A stretch of 63,902 nt of DNA, filler included, from Stramenopiles sp. TOSAG23-6 (Eukaryota), in assembly GCA_900128565.1 (NCBI GenBank). It is 3 parts of 3 records of this genome, joined end to end, with 100 filler letters (N's around TTAATTAATTAA, not from the genome) between each part and the next. Parts side by side here need not be neighbours in the genome. Positions count along the whole stretch, not along the records: positions 1 to 24,646 come from LT636002.1; 2 more parts are not named here. One strand, written 5' to 3'. Shown one piece after another: positions 1-11,745 of this stretch. Made by a program: the position numbers and the translations under genes. Numbering within the stretch: position 1 is the first letter of the stretch; every line of letters begins with the position of its first letter. Below the pieces are notes generated by a model. It was given only the letters and a program-made list of their open reading frames with translations, searched no databases and was not told the DNA's origin.

Positions 1-77
1 TACAAAAAAATCGATTTTTTTTTCGTACGAAATTTTGTACCTAACGAATTTTTTTGAAATATTTTTCCAAAATACAT
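1..77 (+). mobile_element. Introner-like element, 3' part (5' end outside window)
   Basis: TTTCGTACGAAATTTTGTACCTAAC...GAAATATTTTTCCAAAATACAT matches the family consensus. An AG at 78-79 makes the exact end ambiguous. Confidence 0.85.
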
Positions 78-2725
78 AGTTTCCATTATGACACTATTTT
101 AAGTCATTCAAATGAAAACTTATCTATTCGATTTTATAGAATGAATGAATTTTCTGATTTTTCAGAAAGATTAAATATAAACACATATCCATCTATTATA
201 GCATTCAATACAGAATTAGCAACAATAAATACAAAAATGGATACTAAAATTGATCAAAAAGATAAAAAACCTAACTCTCATTGGTATGAAGTTGAGATTG
301 GACGTGTTGAAGGATTCGATCCTGACAAATTATCTACATTAATGCAAAATGTAAACCCTTTACCCAATTCTTATGAAAATGTCGAAAATAGTGAAACATC
401 AGAAATTACTCTATTTACGTTACCTGATACTAAACAAAGACAATTTCTTGCTGATTTGAAAAAGGATAAAATAAAAAATAGGAGAAATGTGTGCGTTGTA
501 AAACATTACATTTCGAATTCAATGTTTTTTTACTATGAAAATTGTATACCTAACGAATGTTTTTTACTACACATAACAATATATTTTTACAATACCTACC
601 AACCCTAGAGGATGTTGAAAAGAGTATGCTTACAAGAGTTGAAAGGAAGAGACTCGGTGATTTTAAGTTGACAACACATCTTTTGAATCAAATGGCTACA
701 GTATTATCAGTACATAAAAATGAGGAAAAGGCTTCTCATACGCTTGCGCAGGACTTATGGAGATCATGGTTACTCGAGCATAACAAAAGTGTGACTAGTG
801 ATGATGATGTTAGTCATAGTGTAAGTAATAGTGTTACTATTGATGATGTGAGTCATAGTATTACTATGGAATCAGATTATACAGGTAGAAATAGTTTGAA
901 TAGATTTATTCTTGAGTCGGCGTTTAAAGTCACTATTGGCATTGACAGTAGTAATAATAAAAAACCTTGGCCGCTACACGAAATGTCTGGTCAATCTGGG
1001 CATTCTCCAATTTGTGCAACAACTAGTAATATTGCTCACATTCGAAATAAATATGTTCAAGCGAAACTTTTCGGTGCTGAAATGGTACAATATAATACAT
1101 CTCTATCATCTATTGTAACAGTTATACCTTTGCAACCTTTAGGATTAAAATATGAAGACATCAATACAAACTCAGTATCAACAGTTGTATTATTTCGTGA
1201 CAAGCAGAAATTTATTTGGTTAGCAAAGGAATGTTATAATACAAATAAATGCCCATTTGATAATCGAGAAAACAGTAAAAAACTATTTTCCAAACAAGAT
1301 GAAAATCAACATAAAAGCCAAGATAAAAATTTCGGCATTATTACAATTTTACTCAAAGATAAAGTCTCAGTGGTATTTCATAAACTTTGCATTTCTATGC
1401 AATCACCATTTGTTAAAAATAAAAGCAAATCATCTGAAGACTTTCCCAAGAAGAAGAATACTATACAGGGTATTTCTTCGTATGGAATTCCAATGGGTTC
1501 ATACAGTATGCTATCAGGATACCCATTTAGATCTAGTTTTAGTATAGCTCCATTACTCACTGGTGTTGGTTGGAGGCCTATTTGGCGTCGAAATGGCCAT
1601 GTAGGAAATGGCAGAAGTAATCAAAGAAGGAAACATAAAGGTATGTGTGGTATTGCTATAGAAGATGGAGCATTACCTGATGAAAAATTACAATTTGCCC
1701 GATATACATTAATGAGTAATGCTAAAAACGAATATGTGATGGATAATAATGGAGTATATAAAAGAAAAATACATGATCCATGTAAAACAGCAACACAAAC
1801 ACTTAAAACTTATTTACTACAGTTAATTGAGTCAAAATTTGGTATTTCGCATAAATTATTAGATACGTCTTATAGTAACTGTAATGTAGGAGGAACTCAA
1901 GCTCCTTGTGTATTACGACGAGTAGCAAATGAAGTAGAGCTTCAAAAGATATCGGATCCTAATGATCAACATAATCATACTTATTGTGCCATGGTTTTCC
2001 TTAATGATGGTGATGGTGCAGGTAATTATGATCCATGGAGTAAAACACAGAATGAATACAAAGTAAAAAATGACACACAAAACAAATCTGAAAAAAACAA
2101 ATCTGAAAAAACTAAGTCTGAAAAAAACAAATCTGAAAAAAACAAGTCTGAGGAGAGAGAACGATGGAAATTCTATAGATTTATTGGGGGAGAAGTAGTA
2201 TTCATAGATGATATTATTGAAGTAAATGAAAATATATTCGATGCCCATGCAAAAAATAATACGCCGCAGAAGAAAAGAGGTGATCGTATTGATGATGTGG
2301 CGGAAGTTATGTCATCTGGTATTATTGTACAACCTAAAGCTGGGCGTGTTATTTTGTTCAGTACTGGAAAGGAAACTCTTTCATGTCAAATGCCATCCGT
2401 TGCGTCACATATTGAGGATGCTTATACGAATGAATCCGATGAATTTGATGAATCCAATAAATCTGATCAAGAAGATTCTCACTCAAAAAAAACATATGAA
2501 GAATTAAGTTTGTTTGGGCGACGTTCAACGCGCACAACTCTTCAACTTTGTTTTAAACCAAAGCTAAATAAATTTGAGACTATAAAAAGGACAAAAGCAA
2601 AGAAAAGGAGATTACATACTGAAATTGATTTATTACGATTAATGACTCTTAAAGGCATTCAAGATGACATTTATTATGATGAAAATGTAAACTTGAAGAA
2701 GAACAATTTGCTAAATGAAAACTAA
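78..2725 (+). CDS. 5'-truncated multi-exon protein with a degenerate 2OG-Fe(II) oxygenase/prolyl-hydroxylase-like C-terminal region; exons ~78-490 and ~598-2725
   Basis: ORFs 54..608 and 557..2725 are joined across an introner copy. Motifs YCAMVFLND, FIGGEVVF, VQPKAGRVILFSTG and RTTLQLCF resemble the 2OG-oxygenase fold. Contains a KSEKN tandem repeat. Confidence 0.5.
491..597 (+). mobile_element. Diverged introner-like intron (GT...CT predicted; canonical 489-610 GT-AG also in frame)
   Basis: GTGCGT start, TACCTAAC motif, ATATTTTTACAATAC end. Removal joins the two ORFs in frame. Confidence 0.7.
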
Positions 2726-3975
2726 AACATTACGTACAAATATTACATACAAGTTTATTTTTTATTTGAGATATATATAAATAAATACAAAGAACTACTT
2801 GGTAATTTTCAAATACATGATAAAAACAGTTTGGAACAATAAAAACAGTTTGAATAGATATCCGATCTCCAGTTACTCTTCTAACCTGAGTGAGTTAAAA
2901 GTGTAAGCAGAATGGAGTTGCGATAGGTATAGTTACTGGCATGGAACTTTACCATTATTATGTAGCACCAAATTGTTCCTCCGCGAGCTAAAAGAGCACG
3001 AGGGGCTGTGACGGTGCATTGATAAATTGATAGATTGAATAAGAGCAACATACATAAAACAATAAAAAAAAAAAAAAGACACGAAAGATAATTATCAAAT
3101 TATGGGCAAAAGTGGATTCGAACCACATTTCATGTATAGCGTTTTAAGTCAACACTCGCATAAAATACAACATATATCAATATAAATAATATACATTGTG
3201 TTACAGCCATGTAACTAATTTGCCAAAATTGTTAGTTTTGTTTGTAATGGTTAGACTTATTCTTGAGTGTGAAATATTCCACTCATTCTTGTTGTTGTTG
3301 AAGCAGCAAACATCTGTATTTTGCGAATATATAGCAAAAGAATCAAAATAATGAGAAAATAAGAAATATAAAATTTTAATTTGTTTGTTATGAGATATTG
3401 CATATAGAAAAATAAGATGGAGAATGATCAATGTGTTTCAATGCTAGAGATCAGGTTTGAATAATATCAGCAAAAAGAAGCCAAAGGTGATTTAAGTCTC
3501 TGCTTATTCCTCTTCTCAGCCAAACTGTAAAATAATAGTCCTCATTTCCCATCACATTGAAACAACACTTTTATACAACATTTTCTATACAAAATAGTAT
3601 TGTGATATCGCGTTTGGTCCAAGACAACACAGCAATTGGACAAATAATGTCACCACCGGGAGTCTAACTATATCCAATACGCAAAGAATCTCGGACCCCT
3701 GAGAACCAAAACAACGCAAGACGGCGTTGAATTGGAGATACGGGCTCCATATTATATTATAGAAAAAAAAAAGAGATTGAAAAAAACAAATCACAAATAA
3801 AACACAATTGTGAGTGTGGTAAAAGTGGTCTCATATATGATGCTTGTTCTGCATCACTCGAAAGTATTACTACAAGTAGTATAAGACGGCACTTCCCAGA
3901 GAAGCTATTGCTCTTCATTGACCACGTGTTCTATCGACACTCAGTCAATTGTGTTGTATATGTGATTCAAAAATG

Positions 3976-4066
3976 TCTCGTCCGCATTGCAGAATTCGAT
4001 TGTTCTACAGATTATAGGGACGCAAATCCCCCTTCAGTAAGAACGCAGTTTTGTCTTCATACGAGA
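3976..4066 (-). ncRNA. C/D-box snoRNA with two guides complementary to 5.8S rRNA
   Basis: Minus strand: TCTCG stem, ATGAAGA (C-like box), CTGCGTTCTT + CTGA, AATTCTGCAAT + CGGA (D variant), CGAGA stem. The guides pair with the conserved 5.8S segments AAGAACGCAG and ATTGCAGAATT. Confidence 0.7.
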
Positions 4067-4130
4067 GGAAAAGGAAAAAAAAGAAAAACAAAATAGTATT
4101 GAGAGAGAAAAAGCATTTTTCTCACTAAAA

Positions 4131-4216
4131 GTCAACTCAGAGGTCCAGACATGGTATTTTGTCTTCACACACTGCGGTCAGGGGATTGACAGATAGAGTT
4201 GTTAATCATTGTTGAC
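4131..4216 (-). ncRNA. C/D-box snoRNA with two guides complementary to 18S rRNA
   Basis: GTCAAC/GTTGAC terminal stem, ATGATTA C box, CTGA D' and D boxes, GTGAAGA C'. Guides TCTGTCAATCC and TGTCTGGACCT pair with 18S GGATTGACAGA and AGGTCCAGACA. Confidence 0.8.
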
Positions 4217-4272
4217 AATACAATACAATACAATTGTTTCGGGAAAGTTAGGAAAGATACAAGGGTAAGGAG

Positions 4273-4376
4273 ACGCTCAGACATCCAAGGAAATAGTGGG
4301 GCATTAGTCGTAGTCTGGCAGACTACTTCTCTTCCCTTCACTGCGAACATGGGTCAGGTTTTGTCTATCACTGCGT
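4273..4376 (-). ncRNA. U14: U14 C/D-box snoRNA
   Basis: Minus strand has the U14 domain A (TTCGCAGT), domain B plus D box (TTCCTTGGATGTCTGA), an ACGC/GCGT terminal stem and a C-box variant TGATAGA. Confidence 0.88.
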
Positions 4377-4576
4377 TACCATTTAACAATTGCTTTACAT
4401 TTAATGATTTGGTGATATATGAATAACCTACCTAAAGTAATACATGTACTACATTTAGTTACTGTTGTGCTGCGTGCTGTACAACAGCGCGCAAGTTGGA
4501 AGTGATTGTGGAGCGTGGTAGCGACTAAAACCTTATGAATTCACTGACTGCATACGCGTGTTGTTCGATCGAGAAG

Positions 4577-4588
4577 CCCTAACCCTAA
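4577..4588. promoter_or_regulatory. Telo-box-like (CCCTAA)2 motif in the divergent promoter of the snoRNA cluster and ORF 4734
   Basis: CCCTAACCCTAA; the same motif lies in four other divergent intergenic regions. Confidence 0.55.
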
Positions 4589-4733
4589 TGGATTTCTGAT
4601 TGCTGTCAAAAATCCAAAAGTGGTAGTCACATACTCTTTCATTAAAAATATCTTGTTAATCCAGAAATAAGTGGATTATTTGCCAATTTTCGATGTACTC
4701 ATATCAAGGCACACTTATCAATCAAGCTAAAAA

Positions 4734-5303
4734 ATGAAGTTTCGGTGTCACCACAAAACAAGAGCAACAGAATTTGGTGGTGAAGAAACTGGATGGTCAA
4801 AGAGCATCACTCTAAAACAAGATCAAACTTATGAATGGGTAGAAAGCTCGTACTCAATGGATACCTATGACTACGATAGAACAACTAAAACAACTCAGGC
4901 ATTTGGAAATTGGAGCATTCAAGGAGACAATTATGTTCTTGACGGATTGCAATGTAACAAAAAAGAGTGGGACTGCTACAACGATTATCTATCCGGAAAT
5001 ACTTATCAAGGTGAGGTTGCTGGGTCAAAAAAGGAAAATCTACCCCATCATGTAACTATTCCAAAATATAAACTCGCTCATCCCCTGCCACCCCTCAAGT
5101 TAGACCCCTTAAAATCACACGAATGGTATCCTTTTGGTGCTTGGAGACAGGAAGAGATTAAACAATGGGTCCGAAAACAACAACTTGAGGCTTTAATATC
5201 CGCAGGAGGAACAACAAAGATTGCAAGTGCTCAAAGAGTATTACAAAATGAAGACCTTGCTAAAAAAGTCATCAAAATGCTGCCGGCTTCCTTTGATGAA
5301 TAA
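4734..5303 (+). CDS. Hypothetical protein (189 aa)
   Basis: ATG in an A-rich context and an uninterrupted ORF; no family recognised. Confidence 0.6.
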   Translation: MKFRCHHKTRATEFGGEETGWSKSITLKQDQTYEWVESSYSMDTYDYDRTTKTTQAFGNWSIQGDNYVLDGLQCNKKEWDCYNDYLSGNTYQGEVAGSKKENLPHHVTIPKYKLAHPLPPLKLDPLKSHEWYPFGAWRQEEIKQWVRKQQLEALISAGGTTKIASAQRVLQNEDLAKKVIKMLPASFDE

Positions 5304-5594
5304 TCAAAGAAGAGTTTTGCTGGAAAGCAGCGTCGAAAATTTTAATAAAATCTTAGCGTAACAAAAAAAAATTCTTATGATAATGTTAATGTTAATAATT
5401 AGGGTTATCAATATTTTTTCACTTCCGAATTCTAGATTTATAATTTTCTGCATGTATACGTAGAGTCAGTCAACTGGTAGTACTACGTTAAGGATTTACC
5501 TACTACTTAAAACTAATAGATATTAGCTATTTGATATATCCAGACATACCAACACCCACAATATTATATAAAAGAAAATAGAAATATAAATCTA

Positions 5595-6272
5595 ATGCAA
5601 GTAGCTGGTGTATCGTCAGATAAAGTTGTTGATGATGCCAGCAAATCTGGATGTCAGACAAGGAACTTTATGAAACTTGCATTGGAACAGGCACAGTTCG
5701 CTTTAGATCGCGGAGAGGTTCCAGTTGGTTGTGTTTTGGTTGCAGATAACCGAGTTATTGCAGCGGCTGGCAATGAAACTAATATATCGTGTAACGCTAC
5801 CCGTCATTGTGAATTTGTAGCCATAGATAAAGTATATAAAATGAAAGCGAATTCGAAAGATACTGCTGAAGCGCTTCTTAGGAAAAGTGACCTATACGTG
5901 ACTGTCGAACCGTGTATAATGTGTGCGAGTGCTCTTTCTCTTATCGGCATTAGAAAAGTATATTTTGGCTGCCACAATGAACGCTTTGGTGGAAATGGTT
6001 CAGTACTCTCACTACATGAAAATTGTTGTCCTCAGACAGCTAAGGGATACCCGGTTGTTTCGGGTATTCTCAAAGACGAAGCAATTGAAATTATGCGTTT
6101 ATTTTATTCTAGAGGTAATCCGAAGGCACCAGACCACAAACGACAACGACCCCTAATATTACAGGACTCTTCTACTAAAATAGACAGAACTACCACATCA
6201 GAAGATACAGATGCGAAAGAGTCTAAAACATGTCGGGCGAACGAGCCTTTTGTGAAACGTCAAAAAATATAG
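5595..6272 (+). CDS. ADAT2: tRNA-specific adenosine-34 deaminase subunit Tad2/ADAT2
   Basis: EVPVGCV, ATRHCE, LYVTVEPCIMC, VYFGCHNERFGGNGS and FYSRGNPKAP motifs. Confidence 0.93.
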   Translation: MQVAGVSSDKVVDDASKSGCQTRNFMKLALEQAQFALDRGEVPVGCVLVADNRVIAAAGNETNISCNATRHCEFVAIDKVYKMKANSKDTAEALLRKSDLYVTVEPCIMCASALSLIGIRKVYFGCHNERFGGNGSVLSLHENCCPQTAKGYPVVSGILKDEAIEIMRLFYSRGNPKAPDHKRQRPLILQDSSTKIDRTTTSEDTDAKESKTCRANEPFVKRQKI

Positions 6273-6531
6273 ATTCTGTAAATAATAGTTATATAAACAC
6301 TACTGATGACTACTCAGTGCATAATATATATATATATATATATATAAGTTTGTCTGTATACTAATCCTTGAATTCACCATTAGAATACACAGTCTATATA
6401 CTTTTACTTTTTAGATAAAAAAACGGGAGGAAAGTCGTTTGTTAAAAAACACGAATATATATATATATAACCATTAAATAAATTTCAAAACACAATTTAT
6501 TTCTAAAGACTCAAATTATCTCATAGACTAC

Positions 6532-8142
6532 TCATATTTCTACAGAATAATAGTTTAGCTTACGATCCATGCTTGATGTACACAATTCAGTACTATCTTT
6601 ATTGTTCCATTGAACACCAGTAACTTTCTTCTTGTGATCTTGCAATTGGCATAGCTTTGTCCATTTTTTAACGAGATAAACCGATACTTCATCATCAGCA
6701 ATTGCCAAATAGAGTCCAGAGTCATCAAATGCGACTTGGTTTATACTTTTTGAATCATTCGCCATATATGATTTTGTCGCCATTGCACCCAACATACCAT
6801 TACTTCCAGTAACAGCTAATTTGCGAAGATCAAATAAATGACAATATCCATTCGAGCGACCAGCACACATGTGATAACCATTCTCTGAAAAATTTAGACA
6901 AGTTATAGTCATTTTTGCACCCTCATTCTCGGGTACCTTTAACGTCGCTACACAACCGGCATTACCACCTATAACTTGGGTTTTCATATCAAATATACAT
7001 ACATCACCATCAGTTGTACCAACGCCTAATAAAGCGCCATCTGGGTGAAAAGATATACCTGATAGTCCCGTTTTGTTCAATGACTCATTCGTTAAAATAC
7101 ATGTTTGCTGTTGAATATCATGCAGAAGCCAAGAACCATTCGCTAAACATGAAGCTAAATACAATCCATTAGGGTGAAGTGAAATTCCAAGCACATTAGC
7201 GCCGACATTTTCTGAAAAAAATTCCTCGTAACTTTTTGTAGGTTTTTTTGGGGAACTATTTGCCGTAGGTCGCCACATTTTAATTGTTTCGTCAGCAGAA
7301 CAGGAAAAAATTAAATCCTCTGTAGGATGACAAATTATTTGATTAATACGCTTAGAGTGCCCTCGTAATGTAGACAATACTTTGCCACCTGTGCGCGAAG
7401 AAACCTTAATTTCCCCATCAATACCACCAGTCAGTACGAGGTTCGAGTGGTGAGCATAGAGACAAGAAATTCCAGCAGGATTCGTCTTGTGTAGGGTTTT
7501 CGCTTTTTGTAAATTCATTCCAGACATTTGACTTTTGTCTGGAAGTAGACTGGAACGATTATTCTTACGATCCTTTCGGATATTTGAAAGCTCAGAACAA
7601 GTTGACTTAATGGTCTGTATCACATTATCAGATAAACCTGAAGTCAGTCCGCCACTACCATCCACGTCCATTGCAGAGGCTTCGTTAGATTGATTTGTTC
7701 CAACACTTGCGTTAGTTGCTGCCGCAGCAACCTGAGCTCTAAGTCCTGTCACAACAGCTTGCAAATCATCCCTTTCTTTCAAAACTCTAGCAATGACACG
7801 GCAAGCAGCGTCGTGTTGGTAAAGCGCTTGGGAGAGTTCTTGCCGCACTTCGTGAAGATGCTTCTTTAAAGTAAAAGACTCAGACATGAGAGAATCCCAT
7901 TCATTTTGAAAGAGACCTAACATACCTGGAATTCCCATAGCGTCAACTGGACGAGGATTTACTGCACGAGGTGTTTTTACATCAATAACATCATCTGTCA
8001 ACGATAACGCCTCGCCTGTGACCGGACACGCACCATCGTGTTCTTCGAGATGTTGTTCTAAAAGACGACGTTCAAAAATATGTCCACTCTTGCGTGAAAT
8101 CACTGGATTTACCGGGGTATGTCCCGAAATGGAACAAAACAT
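6532..8142 (-). CDS. PRP19: Pre-mRNA processing factor 19 (U-box, coiled coil, WD40)
   Basis: MFCSISG...PVISRKSGHIFERRL U-box, FQNEWDSLM...RQELSQALYQHDAACRVIAR, then WD40 repeats. Start placed at the MFCS ATG. Confidence 0.96.
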   Translation of the reverse strand: MFCSISGHTPVNPVISRKSGHIFERRLLEQHLEEHDGACPVTGEALSLTDDVIDVKTPRAVNPRPVDAMGIPGMLGLFQNEWDSLMSESFTLKKHLHEVRQELSQALYQHDAACRVIARVLKERDDLQAVVTGLRAQVAAAATNASVGTNQSNEASAMDVDGSGGLTSGLSDNVIQTIKSTCSELSNIRKDRKNNRSSLLPDKSQMSGMNLQKAKTLHKTNPAGISCLYAHHSNLVLTGGIDGEIKVSSRTGGKVLSTLRGHSKRINQIICHPTEDLIFSCSADETIKMWRPTANSSPKKPTKSYEEFFSENVGANVLGISLHPNGLYLASCLANGSWLLHDIQQQTCILTNESLNKTGLSGISFHPDGALLGVGTTDGDVCIFDMKTQVIGGNAGCVATLKVPENEGAKMTITCLNFSENGYHMCAGRSNGYCHLFDLRKLAVTGSNGMLGAMATKSYMANDSKSINQVAFDDSGLYLAIADDEVSVYLVKKWTKLCQLQDHKKKVTGVQWNNKDSTELCTSSMDRKLNYYSVEI

Positions 8143-8539
8143 GATATGTTTATGCTTTTTTGATGAAATTTCAATGAATTTAACCCGTATGAGCAACTCA
8201 CTTTTATGTTTCGTTTCGAACTATAGGTAGCGTCACAGACTCCCCAAAAGAAGGAGCGCAAAGTTTTGTTCGCACCGCGACAAGACGAACACACGAAATC
8301 CTTGACTTTCGATTGATTGGCATTTTTGACAGTCAAACTCAAAAATTCAATTGGTATTTCATTTGGTCGTGAGTCGTGACTCGTGATTCTTCTTCTTCAC
8401 ACCTCGATCCAATACTTCAGTACAAGTTTATATACTATTATTGGAATAGTGAAATGACAACAGCGTATTAGACAGCCATATTTATAACAGTCAAGAATTA
8501 TAACTATATTATTGTCATTGTAGAAAAATTATTCATACT

Positions 8540-9037
8540 ATGAGTGAGGATGAAGAGTGGACAGAGATAGACACGAAGCACACAAAAAAATGCGATTCGG
8601 AGAAAACCGAGACAAAAACAGTAGAACCTGACTATACAGGTATTGCACATAAAGATCCAAATCTTTCTACTGGGCCAACAATTCCTGGTGCCTCTAAATA
8701 TGCACGACAAGTACATGATGCAGAACTTGAAAAGCCAAAAGGCTTTTCATGGAAATATATCTTTTTAATGGCCGTTATGTTTGGCCCCACTTTATTACCT
8801 CTCATTTTTGGGGGGTATGACTATGTTTCTGAGCTTTATTATGAAATGTATCCAGACGCTTCAACACCATATAGAAAACGACTGAAGAAATTTTATGAAC
8901 GACATAATCCTGAGAAGGCTACTACGTACAATATAAATAACCTACTAAAAAAGTATGAAGGAAATGAAAAAGAGTTGTTCAAGAAATTAAAAAAACGATA
9001 CTCGAATAAGAGAAGGGGTGGACATGACGGACTTTGA
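8540..9037 (+). CDS. Small single-pass membrane protein with a helical 'FY..HNPEK...LLKKY.G.E..LF..L..RY' module
   Basis: Hydrophobic segment YIFLMAVMFGPTLLPLIFGG. A similar module occurs at the start of the giant ORF. Confidence 0.75.
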   Translation: MSEDEEWTEIDTKHTKKCDSEKTETKTVEPDYTGIAHKDPNLSTGPTIPGASKYARQVHDAELEKPKGFSWKYIFLMAVMFGPTLLPLIFGGYDYVSELYYEMYPDASTPYRKRLKKFYERHNPEKATTYNINNLLKKYEGNEKELFKKLKKRYSNKRRGGHDGL

Positions 9038-9165
9038 TTTTGCTTAGTTGTGATGCTATCGAAAATAATACCGACAACTACATGGGTATATAAATAAAAC
9101 ATCGAATAAAACCATTTGTCTGAAAAATATTTTTATATTTGAATACACGACATATATCATAGTGA

Positions 9166-9681
9166 CTACCTGCCAACAGCCTTCATTATTTCTCCTAGTT
9201 TCATGGCCAAACCCATATTACCTTTAATCTTAATTTTTCCTTGCATGAATGCCTATTTTTGAAAGATGTAACAAATGATAATATACTTTATATATATGTA
9301 TATATATATATATCTTTACAGAAAATTTCATGGGGGTAGGTAGTGAGAAAAAACGTGGAGGGAGACGTATAAAACCGAAAAAAAACAAATGGTGTTTCAA
9401 TAAAACCGAAAATAAACAATTGGTGTTCAATAACGTACTTGTTGTGCATTCAAACTACCACTACTCATCTTTACGAAATCTCCGGAGCTCACAGTCAGAG
9501 TCATATCCGCTCTATTTTTTGCTGTTCCTTTATAAACTGAGCCATTCCCATTTTTCAAATCGACAACCCAGTCATCACCTCCCTTAATCTTGAATTGTAT
9601 CACACCACGCACTTTTTTCACATATTGCTTGCCTTCATTTTTTATGACGTCATGTATCTCCTGGAATATTGCATTGGACAT
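9166..9681 (-). CDS. SCP2 sterol-carrier domain protein; exons 9681-9439 and 9252-9166
   Basis: WVVDLKNGNG, ADMTLTVS, LNAQQ|AFMQGKIKIKGNMGLAMKL after removing the canonical GT-AG intron 9438-9253. Confidence 0.9.
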
Positions 9682-10008
9682 TACGGCAAGAATTGTTCCG
9701 TTTGTAATACACTTTTAAAAAGATTGTAAACCTAGAAATCTGTACAATAATGCTATCCACGTGAAAAGATAGCGATAGGCGTCGAAAAGAAGAACGGTCA
9801 AAGGTCAAAGAATTTCGATTTTCGAAGAATTTCGAAGTTCGAAACACGAAAAATTCGAGGTTTTTGAATTCAATTCGATCCAGCGAAGGATTTCATTTCT
9901 TCCTTTTTGAAATTTTTGTCGAAAAGTTAAAGTTTCGTTTTTTTTTCATAGCTAAACTGCAGACTGAAAATTTTGCATGGATGTAAAATTAAAATTAAAT
10001 TTGTTCCA

Positions 10009-11706
10009 ATGAGAGTTAGTTTTATAATGATGTTTGTCCTTTCAATAGGTGAATGTGTCAGGACTCAAAAAAAGGGAAAGTTGAGGCGTGATATTTCCAA
10101 CTCCAATGGTATTCTTTCTCCTCGTTTTGTAGGACACGGAAGCAAATTCAACTCCACAGATAACATGACACAAGCGGAGACTCAAACCGAGCAGAGTAGT
10201 ACACCAAATGACAACCATTCTATTTCAAGCAATATATGGGTAGAATCTTTCAAGCGCGAACAACGTTTTCAAGAAAAAAAATCAAGTGAGGAAAGTGAAA
10301 TACAGGATACAGCACTGAAGTCAGTTGTGGAAGAAAATAAATCAAGTGAGGAAAGTGAAATACAGGATACAACCCTGATATCAGGTGTGGAAGAAAATAA
10401 TCCACTTGCTAGAGAAAAAAATGATAGTAACGACGAGCCACTCATCTGGTTAAAATTCCTATTTTTAGTCTTCATCATTGGAATAATCATCCTATTCGTT
10501 AGAGTTCTAAAAGTAATTAAGCGCCGCCATTTATTAAGTCCAAGTGTATCATATCTTCAAACTATTTATTCAATTTTTGTAGATTTCATTGATGGCGAAT
10601 GGGAATCTCTCGAGCCTGAAGATACTTTTCCAGAAAGAAATCAAGGGTATTGTTGTATGCCACGTCTTTGGAATGTACATGAAAAGAACTCAAATTTAAA
10701 TAATAATGAACAACAAGGAAACAAAGAAAAACTTTTAGTAGTAAAATTACCTGAGAAAAATAAAAATACTGAACGAAAATCGAGTCAAAAAATTGACGGC
10801 TCCAGAAATATAGATGATCAAGACTCTTGTATATATAGATTATTATCATGTACTATATTAGATAAATATAGACATGATAAATATGCACCAAATCCGACAG
10901 ATGATGGTGATGACACAATGAAACCGGACAAAAATTACTGCCCGGGTGATCAGAAGAACCCTAACCCTAATAATTACAGTGAAACTATTACTAAACAAAA
11001 CAAAGAGAAAGTTGACAAAAAAGTGAAATCTCTTCTCAAAGAAGTCGGTATTTCCTATAATGATTACCATCATAGTTTACTCAAAGATGGTTATGAACGT
11101 TGGGATAGTTTTGAATGCGTTACCATGGATGATCTCATCGGCATGAGTTTCAAAAAAGGAAGAGCTAGATTAATCATTCGATTACTGAAAGAAATGAAAG
11201 TCAAAGAGAAATATAATAAAAAGAAATTAAAAAATTCTTCAGAAAGAAATAATTCTGATATACAGTCAGAGAATAAAAGTGAACAAGATGTTAATTTTGG
11301 TGTGGATGTACCTATGGTGAATGAAAACGAAAAAGAAACAACTAAAAGACCAAGTAAAATAGAAGATGAGAACAACATATCTGATGATAAAAGACAGAAA
11401 CTAAATGATGAAAAAAGTAAAAATATAGAGAAAGAAGTATATTCTCCTTTTACAGACAGTGAGGATGAAATTTCAGAAGTCAACGATATTGAAATGAAAA
11501 CAAGTGAANGGCGAACAGTACAAAATATTTCTCTTCATTTAGATAAAGGTACAGTTATAAAAAAGGCTTCCCCAAATCGACGGATACAAAAATCATTTCC
11601 TTTACAATCAAACTCAGATACATCATATGCGAAGTCAATAGAAAAATCAGTAAAATTTGTAGATTGGGATTCCTCGGGAAATATCAGTGAAATTAGAAGA
11701 AAATAA
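10009..11706 (+). CDS. Type I membrane protein with signal peptide, TM helix and SAM-like domain
   Basis: Hydrophobic N-terminus, TM LIWLKFLFLVFIIGIIILFV, and SAM-like LLKEVGISYNDYHHSLLKDGY...DDLIGMSFKKGRARLI. Has a 60-bp internal duplication. Confidence 0.7.
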   Translation: MRVSFIMMFVLSIGECVRTQKKGKLRRDISNSNGILSPRFVGHGSKFNSTDNMTQAETQTEQSSTPNDNHSISSNIWVESFKREQRFQEKKSSEESEIQDTALKSVVEENKSSEESEIQDTTLISGVEENNPLAREKNDSNDEPLIWLKFLFLVFIIGIIILFVRVLKVIKRRHLLSPSVSYLQTIYSIFVDFIDGEWESLEPEDTFPERNQGYCCMPRLWNVHEKNSNLNNNEQQGNKEKLLVVKLPEKNKNTERKSSQKIDGSRNIDDQDSCIYRLLSCTILDKYRHDKYAPNPTDDGDDTMKPDKNYCPGDQKNPNPNNYSETITKQNKEKVDKKVKSLLKEVGISYNDYHHSLLKDGYERWDSFECVTMDDLIGMSFKKGRARLIIRLLKEMKVKEKYNKKKLKNSSERNNSDIQSENKSEQDVNFGVDVPMVNENEKETTKRPSKIEDENNISDDKRQKLNDEKSKNIEKEVYSPFTDSEDEISEVNDIEMKTSEXRTVQNISLHLDKGTVIKKASPNRRIQKSFPLQSNSDTSYAKSIEKSVKFVDWDSSGNISEIRRK

Positions 11707-11745
11707 ATAGAATAAATATGAAAAAATATATAAAATATATGTCTT

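Noticed and set aside
9810-9880. Cluster of TTCGAA words suggesting a heat-shock element
   Set aside because: Spacing does not fit the nGAAnnTTCn register.
10958-10972. CCCTAA repeats inside CDS (also ~17060, ~49690, ~63031)
   Set aside because: Explained by Asn-Pro/Pro-Asn codons; not counted as promoter motifs or telomeres.
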